A stretch of DNA of 64,000 nucleotides from Sphingobacteriia bacterium (GTDB lineage Bacteria; Bacteroidota; Bacteroidia; Chitinophagales; Chitinophagaceae), in assembly GCA_015999745.1 (NCBI GenBank), contig JAECQP010000009.1:14025-78024 (forward strand), written 5' to 3'. Positions 57,528-64,000 of the stretch are shown here, one piece after another. Both the position numbers and the translations under genes were made by a program. The notes under the pieces are model-generated. The model did no database searches. It worked only from the letters and a program-made list of their open reading frames with translations, and was not told the origin of the DNA. Each line of letters opens with the position of its first letter. The stretch's first letter is position 1.

Positions 57528-59357
57528 ATGAAGCGATTTGAGCGGATTTTGTTCTACCTGAGCAACCAGAAAAGGAATATTGTACTGTACTTCGTTTTTA
57601 ACCTGTTGTCCATTCTGTTCTCCCTGGTTTCCCTGGCCATGCTCTCCCCCATTCTCAAATTGCTGTTTACCGAATCGAGGGAAGAAATTACCCGGCCGGA
57701 GATCACCCTTTCTGTAGAGGGGCTGAAAAACCTGGCCGTTTATTTCAAATACTATTTTAACAACCTGATTGCAGAAAAAGGAGCCATCTATGCATTGGGT
57801 ACGATCTGCGTGATCATCATCATCGCTATTTTTCTGAAAAACCTGTTCACCTATTTATCTTACAGGGTACTGGCCCCCATGCGAAACTATGTGATGACCA
57901 AACTACGCTCCGACCTTTATGCAAAGATCCTGGAACTCCCCATCGGTTTTTTTACCGAACAGAAAAAGGGCGATATCATTAGCCGGATGAGCAATGATGC
58001 CAATGAGATCGAATGGAGCGTAATGAGTACACTGGAAGGCCTGATCAAAGACCCGATGCAGATCCTGGTTATCCTGGGCGTACTCATTTATATCAGCCCG
58101 TTGCTTTCCTTGTTCCTGCTGGTTTTATTGCCACTCACCGGGTTTATCATCGGAAGAATCAGCCGCTCCCTCAAGAAGCAATCCACCGAATCCGCGGAAG
58201 AGCTGGGCACCCTGATGTCTATCCTGGACGAAACATTGGGCGGACTGAGGGTCATTAAGGCATTCAACGCAGAAACCATGCTGCGCAACCGTTTCTTCAA
58301 CACCAACGATAAGCTGAACCATATCCGCAATAAAATGACTTTCCGCAGAGACCTTGCATCTCCCATGTCGGAATTCATGGGAGTAATGGTGCTGAGCTGT
58401 ATTCTCTGGTTTGGCGGGCAACTGGTACTGGGGCATGAGGCGGGATTACAAGGCGATAGCTTCATCAGTTATATCCTGATCTTTACCCAGATCATCAACC
58501 CGGCAAAGTCGCTCTCTACAGCATTCTACAACTCACAGCGGGGAACCGCTGCCATCAAACGGATTGAAGAAATCCTTCAGGCACCGCTGACGGTAACCGA
58601 TCTGCCCGATGCCAAACAGATCACCCGTTTTGAAAATCGAATTGAGTTGAGGAATGTTAGCTTCTCTTACGATGATGTACCCATCCTGAAAAATATTAAC
58701 CTGGTGATTGAGAAGGGAAAAACCATTGCACTGGTTGGTTCCTCCGGTGCGGGCAAAAGCAGCCTGGCAGACCTGGTTCCCCGCTTCCACGATGTTAGTT
58801 CCGGCGAGATCCTGATTGATGGCATCAATATCAAGGAATATACTTTAAACAGTGTCCGTTCCCTGATGGGTATTGTAACGCAGGAACCCATCCTCTTTAA
58901 TGACAGCATTGCCAACAATATTGCACTGGGCAGCGACCACAGGGATATTGCTTCCATCGAAAAGGCAGCAACGGTAGCAAACGCAATTGGCTTTATCCGG
59001 CAAAAGGAAGAAGGCTTCGATACCAATATCGGCGATCGCGGATCCAAGCTCAGCGGTGGTGAGCGCCAGCGCCTCACCATTGCCAGGGCTGTGTTTAAAA
59101 ACCCTCCCATCCTGATCCTGGACGAAGCCACTTCATCGCTCGATACCGAGAGCGAAAGACTGGTACAGGATGCCATTAACAATATGATGCAGCACAGAAC
59201 CTCCATTGTGATTGCACACCGCCTGAGCACCATTCGCCATGCGGATGAAATCATCGTAATGCAGAAAGGTGAAATTGCCGAACGGGGCACCCACGACAGC
59301 CTGCTGGCCCAAAACGGTATCTACCGTAAACTGGTGGAGATGCAGGAAGTGAAATAA
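57528..59357 (+). CDS. ABC exporter, fused TMD-NBD half-transporter (MsbA-like)
   Basis: Six-TM domain, then Walker A GSSGAGKSS, signature LSGGERQR and Walker B ILILDEATS. Start at the ATG 57528 (MKRFERIL). Confidence 0.85.
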   Translation: MKRFERILFYLSNQKRNIVLYFVFNLLSILFSLVSLAMLSPILKLLFTESREEITRPEITLSVEGLKNLAVYFKYYFNNLIAEKGAIYALGTICVIIIIAIFLKNLFTYLSYRVLAPMRNYVMTKLRSDLYAKILELPIGFFTEQKKGDIISRMSNDANEIEWSVMSTLEGLIKDPMQILVILGVLIYISPLLSLFLLVLLPLTGFIIGRISRSLKKQSTESAEELGTLMSILDETLGGLRVIKAFNAETMLRNRFFNTNDKLNHIRNKMTFRRDLASPMSEFMGVMVLSCILWFGGQLVLGHEAGLQGDSFISYILIFTQIINPAKSLSTAFYNSQRGTAAIKRIEEILQAPLTVTDLPDAKQITRFENRIELRNVSFSYDDVPILKNINLVIEKGKTIALVGSSGAGKSSLADLVPRFHDVSSGEILIDGINIKEYTLNSVRSLMGIVTQEPILFNDSIANNIALGSDHRDIASIEKAATVANAIGFIRQKEEGFDTNIGDRGSKLSGGERQRLTIARAVFKNPPILILDEATSSLDTESERLVQDAINNMMQHRTSIVIAHRLSTIRHADEIIVMQKGEIAERGTHDSLLAQNGIYRKLVEMQEVK

Positions 59358-59731
59358 TTTAAGTTTTGTTGACTGAGTTCATGATAGTTTAAGTGTGTCG
59401 GGTTAACGCTGTTTGTTATTGTTGCATCGTAGTAGCTTTTAGTAGTTCAAAAGTACCCTGTTCCAGCCGCTTGTAATAAATGGCAAAACCATCTTTTCAT
59501 AAAGTAATTTTAGTATGGAATAATTTTATATAACTAGGTTTCAAATAATGTTGCTGCCAACATCAGCAGACTATTGGCTTACTCAAACACAAGATCGTCA
59601 TCAAGTGTAGAACCGTTGAGCTATCCTTTTGGGTTCAATGCAAAAGAATTTAATGAAAATATCTGTTTTTAACAGAGCAATAAAATTTAGGGATGGAGTG
59701 ATTTTACCTCTACTAGAGAATATTAACATAA

Positions 59732-61087
59732 TCACCTCCTCCATAGCCCTCTCCATTGATACAATAGCCGATCAGCTAGAGAAGCATTTTCTGTAATGAT
59801 CTCAGCTATGCCAGATAAATTGTTGCTAAATAAAACTTGTCTTCTATAATTTGTAATTAAGCCGTTTGGTAATTCTACCTTGATTAAAAATGCTGTATCT
59901 CTATATGGCACAGCTGGTATGTTAGTAATAATTCCATCGAGTATGCCAAACTCATTGCGCTGATAACTGTTGAGTGCAATATGCACTTCTTGCCCTTTGC
60001 TGATTTTTCCAAAGTTTTGTTGCGATGCCAATACTTCCGCAAAATAACTAGGCTGAGCAGGGATGATGTAAAACAATTCCTGCCCTACTTTGATCCAACT
60101 ATTGGTTTGATAATAACTCACCATTTGTAACTTACCTGTTTCTGAAGCGATGATCATATAACGGTTCTTCCATTCGGTGATGGCTGTTTTAGCATTTAGC
60201 AAAGCAGTGATAAAATTCTGCTGTATATCATTAGCAGTTTTAGCAATCTCTATTAATTCTTTTTGTTTTGAGATTGCACTGTTGTTTTGATTGATTGTGC
60301 TCGCATCTACCTGAACCAATTGCTGCTGCTTGGCAATAACGGCAGATTTGTCCTTGTTTATATCGAGTGGGGCTATTACTTTTTCTTTTACCAATCCTTC
60401 ATTTACTGCAAGTAAATGATGCTGCATCTGTAGATCTTGCTCTATAAGTTGCTTTTGCGTTTGAGCATTTTGATTGAGTGCTTGGATGGTGTTTAATTCC
60501 TTTGCTATGGTTTGCTTCTTTTGTTCAAAATATCCTTTGGGTGTAGACCACCCTAGTTGATAGGCCTGTTGGCTTATATCTTGATAATTTTTTTGTATAT
60601 CACCTAAAGTATTAAGTACTGGAAGTGTTTGTACATTACTCCACAATGCATTGGTTGAAGCATTCTTGGAAGTTGTTAGATTCTTTAACTGTACTTCTAT
60701 CCATTTGTCTAAAATCAATATTTGTTTATAATCTGCACTACTTTGTATAATTCCTAATACCGCTCCCTCTTTAATTTGATCGTTATCCTTTACAAACAAT
60801 GCAACCAGTTTGCCTTCCGATTTACTCAATACCTGTTTGGGTAAATTATTACCAACTATTCTTACAGGTGCTTTGATGATATCAGGGTATTGAATAAAAA
60901 AGCTTCCAGTAAACAATAATACAATGATGATAAAGAATAATGCAATGCCATTGCGTACCATCCATGCAGGTCTAGTACTTATGATCTCTCTTACCTCGCT
61001 ACTATATATGCGATCAGCCTCATCCAATCTTTCTACATTGGCTGCTTGTAGCATATCATCTAAACTATAGCTTTGATCTGTAGGCAT
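59732..61087 (-). CDS. HlyD-family membrane-fusion (secretion adaptor) protein
   Basis: A single N-terminal TM (GIALFFIIIVLLFTGSFFI), a long Q/L-rich coiled-coil middle and a C-terminal beta-domain. It lies 15 nt downstream of the C39-ABC gene. Confidence 0.75.
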   Translation of the reverse strand: MPTDQSYSLDDMLQAANVERLDEADRIYSSEVREIISTRPAWMVRNGIALFFIIIVLLFTGSFFIQYPDIIKAPVRIVGNNLPKQVLSKSEGKLVALFVKDNDQIKEGAVLGIIQSSADYKQILILDKWIEVQLKNLTTSKNASTNALWSNVQTLPVLNTLGDIQKNYQDISQQAYQLGWSTPKGYFEQKKQTIAKELNTIQALNQNAQTQKQLIEQDLQMQHHLLAVNEGLVKEKVIAPLDINKDKSAVIAKQQQLVQVDASTINQNNSAISKQKELIEIAKTANDIQQNFITALLNAKTAITEWKNRYMIIASETGKLQMVSYYQTNSWIKVGQELFYIIPAQPSYFAEVLASQQNFGKISKGQEVHIALNSYQRNEFGILDGIITNIPAVPYRDTAFLIKVELPNGLITNYRRQVLFSNNLSGIAEIITENASLADRLLYQWRGLWRR

Positions 61088-61102
61088 ATTTTTTATTATT
61101 AT

Positions 61103-63382
61103 CTAATCACCAAGTTCTAATTGATTTTTAACCAAGGTAAAATATTCACCCTTCAAGGCGGCTAACTCAGCATGGGTTCCGCTTTCTACAATAGCTCCAT
61201 TGTGCAGCACCACTATTTGATCTGCATGTTTTACCGTACTTAATCGGTGCGCTACTACTACCACTGTTTTGCCCTCAAAGAAAGTTTGCAGGTTTTTAAT
61301 GATGGTGCTCTCATTGTTGGCATCCAGTGCATTGGTGGCTTCGTCTAGTAAAATCATGTTGGGGTTCTTGTACACAGCCCTTGCAATGAGTATTCGTTGC
61401 TTTTGACCAGCACTCACCCCTGTACCTTCTGCTCCTATCTTGGTATTATAGCCTAGTGGCAGGCTTTCTATAAAAGGGGTGATGTTTGCAATGCTTGCCG
61501 CATACCTTAATCTTTCTCTATCAGGAAAGTCTTCTCCAACTGCAATATTCTTCGCTATACTGTCCGAGAAAATAAAACTATCCTGCATCACTACCCCCGC
61601 TTGTTTGCGCCATGCCCTATGGCTGATAGCATTTAAGTTGAGGCCATTTGATTCTAGGCTGTCGCCTATATAAATATCCCCTTTTATAGGGTCGTAAAAC
61701 TTGAGTAGTAATTTTAGTAAAGTGGTCTTGCCACTGCCACTTGAACCCACTATAGCTGTAACCTTACCTTGGGGTATTACCATATTGATGTTCTTTAGCA
61801 CTGGTTCATTGCCTGCACCAGGATAAGTAAAACTAATCTGTTGTAAATGTATAGTTCTGTTTTGAGGGAGTTCGCTGGTTAAGGTTTGATGGATTTTTTT
61901 ATTATCGTCCAAAACTATTGGTTCTTCATCAGCCAATTGGTTGATCTCGTTCAAACGCTCTAAGCTGATCTTGGCGAGTTGCCAGTTTTGAACAAAGCCA
62001 ATCATCTGTTCTATGGGAGCATTGAGTTGACCAATGATATACTGTATGGCAAGCATTGCACCCAGGGTTATCTGTCCCTGTATTACCGCAGTTGCAGCAA
62101 TAAACGTGATTACAATATTTTTACCTTCATTGATAAAAAAAGCTCCTGCTTGTTGCCATTGGTTAAGCGATAATCCTTTCATGCCCAGCTTAAACAATTT
62201 TGCTTGCAAATGCTCCCATTGCCAGCGTTGTTGTTTTTCGCTGCCATGCAGTTTAATTTCTTGCATGCCTTGCACCAATTGAATGGTGCTGCTCTGTTCG
62301 GCAGCAGCCACATCAAATTGTTGGTAGTCGAGTTGCTTTCTTTTTTGTAAGAACAAAATAATCCATCCGATATACACCACACTAGCTCCTATAAATACAC
62401 CAAAAATTGTGACATTATAATTAAGCAGAACAATAGAAAAAACCAATAAATTAAATAAAGAGAAAAGTGTACTGAGCGATGTGCCTGTTAAAAAGCTTTG
62501 GATTCGCTTATGGTCGTTCATTCTTTGCAGGATATCCCCTGTTTTTTTGCTATCAAAATAAGCCAAGGGTAAACGCATCAATTTGATTAAAAAACCAGTA
62601 AGGATCGTGATATTAATCCTGCTGCTGATATGGTAGAGTATCCAACTGCGAATGAACTCTACACTAAGCCTTCCTATAAACAAAGCGAGTTGTGCAAAGA
62701 GAACTATATAAACAAACTGCAGGTTTTGGGTATTGATACCTACGTCCACCACACTCTGCGTTAAAAAAGGAAAGACAAGTTGCAATAAACTACCGAGCAC
62801 CACACCCAGGAACAATTGAAAAACCAATTTTTTGTGGGGACGGATATAACTCAATAATTGACTGGCGTGCTTAGTGGTCTGTTGGTCAAAATCTGCTCCA
62901 TAGGCATTATTGTAAAAATTAGGACCAGGCTCAAGTAATAATGCAATACCTGTTGGTTCACCATCTGTGTTTTTATCGCTGATCCATTTTTGAAAAAACA
63001 ATTCTTTGCTGATGGTTATAATACCCTTTGCAGGATCTGCAATCGTAATTTTGCTTTGTTGATGTTTATTGAATAAAAAACCGAAATGAGCTTTTTTTTG
63101 AGGCGGTAATACAATAAAATGATTTTGTCCCCAATGAAGAATGGCTGGCTTAGGAGAATCAACCATTAATTTATTAAAGCTCAATTTTAAAGCTGTTGTT
63201 TGAAAACCGATTTGCTCGGCGGCATCACTGATACCTAGCATGTTCACCCCCTCTTTACCAATCTCAGTTAATTGCCTTAACTTCTCCAACCCAAAGACCC
63301 TACCATGATACCTGCTCACCATGTACAAGCAAGTTGGCCCACAGTCCATCGCATTTAACTGATATGTAAAAGAAAATTTCAA
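61103..63382 (-). CDS. Peptidase-C39-domain ABC transporter (bacteriocin/RiPP leader-cleaving exporter)
   Basis: The N-terminal QLNAMDCGPTCLYMV (catalytic Cys) and WGQNHFIVL (His) indicate C39. It also has a 6-TM domain, Walker A GSSGSGKTT, signature VSAGQKQR and Walker B MILLDEATNALD. Confidence 0.9.
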   Translation of the reverse strand: MKFSFTYQLNAMDCGPTCLYMVSRYHGRVFGLEKLRQLTEIGKEGVNMLGISDAAEQIGFQTTALKLSFNKLMVDSPKPAILHWGQNHFIVLPPQKKAHFGFLFNKHQQSKITIADPAKGIITISKELFFQKWISDKNTDGEPTGIALLLEPGPNFYNNAYGADFDQQTTKHASQLLSYIRPHKKLVFQLFLGVVLGSLLQLVFPFLTQSVVDVGINTQNLQFVYIVLFAQLALFIGRLSVEFIRSWILYHISSRINITILTGFLIKLMRLPLAYFDSKKTGDILQRMNDHKRIQSFLTGTSLSTLFSLFNLLVFSIVLLNYNVTIFGVFIGASVVYIGWIILFLQKRKQLDYQQFDVAAAEQSSTIQLVQGMQEIKLHGSEKQQRWQWEHLQAKLFKLGMKGLSLNQWQQAGAFFINEGKNIVITFIAATAVIQGQITLGAMLAIQYIIGQLNAPIEQMIGFVQNWQLAKISLERLNEINQLADEEPIVLDDNKKIHQTLTSELPQNRTIHLQQISFTYPGAGNEPVLKNINMVIPQGKVTAIVGSSGSGKTTLLKLLLKFYDPIKGDIYIGDSLESNGLNLNAISHRAWRKQAGVVMQDSFIFSDSIAKNIAVGEDFPDRERLRYAASIANITPFIESLPLGYNTKIGAEGTGVSAGQKQRILIARAVYKNPNMILLDEATNALDANNESTIIKNLQTFFEGKTVVVVAHRLSTVKHADQIVVLHNGAIVESGTHAELAALKGEYFTLVKNQLELGD

Positions 63383-63383
63383 A

Positions 63384-64000
63384 TTATAGATTTGTTTCCG
63401 TTTTTAAGCTTTCAAAATAAAATAACTTATCCTTTGCTATTATTGAAGAATAATACTTTTCAAGAAAATGATATATTACTAATTCATATGATCTTTGCTT
63501 TCCTAGAAAAAGCCTGTTAATAAACATATGCACATAGCTTTGCAATAAAATAGAAATATCAAGGTAATTACTATTTAAATTAAGTTTTGAATAGATAGAA
63601 TTAACTATTTCCTTGTTTGAATGAGAGCGGTTGTTAAAAATAGATACCGCTTCCTCTATTTCATTCAATGTGTCCTGAGAACTATCCATATGAGAGAATA
63701 TTAATTTTTGATATTGTCTATACTTTTCGTTTAACTGCTTTTGAAGTAAGGGAGAAGAGCCAAATTCTTTAAAATAATTTTGTTGCATTAATTTTGCATT
63801 TCTTTGTTTTTCAGATAAGCTTAAATTAAAATCATTAAAAAGCATATCAATTCCACGTAGAGAAAACAATATTTTGTATTTCGAACTATCATTTCCTTCC
63901 AAAAGTTTTAAAAATCTAAGTACTGCAATACTATCATTGAAAAATAAAGATTCGGCTTCCTCGATAAGAGAATCTCCATATCTATTTATTTCCCGATTAT
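63384..64000 (-). CDS. C-terminal part of a LanB-type / SpaB_C-like ('thiopeptide-type bacteriocin biosynthesis') domain protein; ORF is open to the window edge
   Basis: The track ORF begins at a TTG (63902), but my translation shows the frame stays open to position 64000: NREINRYGDSLIEEAESLFFNDSIAVLRFLKLLEGNDSS... The later ...LLQSYVHMFINRLFLGKQRSYELVIYHFLEKYY fits the RE..RYG / E.lF..DS / HM..NRl arrangement I recall from Lant_dehydr_C domains. Confidence 0.55.
   Translation of the reverse strand, partial: NREINRYGDSLIEEAESLFFNDSIAVLRFLKLLEGNDSSKYKILFSLRGIDMLFNDFNLSLSEKQRNAKLMQQNYFKEFGSSPLLQKQLNEKYRQYQKLIFSHMDSSQDTLNEIEEAVSIFNNRSHSNKEIVNSIYSKLNLNSNYLDISILLQSYVHMFINRLFLGKQRSYELVIYHFLEKYYSSIIAKDKLFYFESLKTETNL

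Noticed and set aside
59605-59630. tRNA-like fragment on the minus strand (AAAAGGATAGCTCAACGGTTCTACAC), resembling an acceptor/D-arm and possibly an att remnant at the island border
   Set aside because: The resemblance stops after the D-loop-like TAGCTCAACGG. There is no matching AGAGC closing arm, anticodon stem or T-arm (GGTTCGAATCC-like), so I cannot support a tRNA or a confident att site.

Overview
The window looks like a chromosomal segment of a Bacteroidota genome, probably Chitinophagia- or Sphingobacteriia-like. That inference rests on TAnnTTTG -7 boxes, no obvious Shine-Dalgarno use, many lipoprotein-type signal peptides, LytTR/His_kinase pairs, a group-II GGGP synthase and a split transketolase. 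I call about 63 protein-coding genes, tightly packed. I saw no rRNA, tRNA, CRISPR array, transposase or integrase.

Content from left to right:
- 1-24.2 kb: a divergent OxyR-catalase pair; an SPFH / ribbon-helix-helix / two LD-carboxypeptidase operon; metG; envelope proteins; a GMC oxidoreductase pair; B12-dependent RNR (nrdJ); GGGP synthase; an AT-rich accessory segment (XRE, ArsR, SRPBCC genes); katG.
- 24.5-36.9 kb: a TetR-thioesterase-FabF operon, then a dense stress and DNA-alkylation-repair neighbourhood (DinB x2, pentapeptide-repeat protein, AraC-MGMT, AlkB, VOC, Tag, GIY-YIG, MbfA). It also holds an unusual secreted protein made of four tandem Cache-like modules.
- 36.9-45.7 kb: a cation-transport operon (YitT, P-type ATPase, non-canonical Nramp, second P-type ATPase) behind a roughly 190-nt G+C-rich leader.
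- 45.7-59.4 kb: a His_kinase-LytTR-M28 operon and housekeeping genes (dxs, scpA, mscL, ppk2, frr, rbfA, ABC transporters).
- 59.7-64.0 kb: a clearly AT-richer block encoding HlyD, a C39-peptidase ABC exporter and the C-terminal part of a LanB-type (SpaB_C-like) protein. This gene is still open at the window edge.

The last block is the edge of a RiPP or lanthipeptide-type gene cluster whose core lies outside the window. It is the most promising lead. All family assignments were made by eye from motifs in the supplied translations, with no database search, so family names are hypotheses with the stated confidences.
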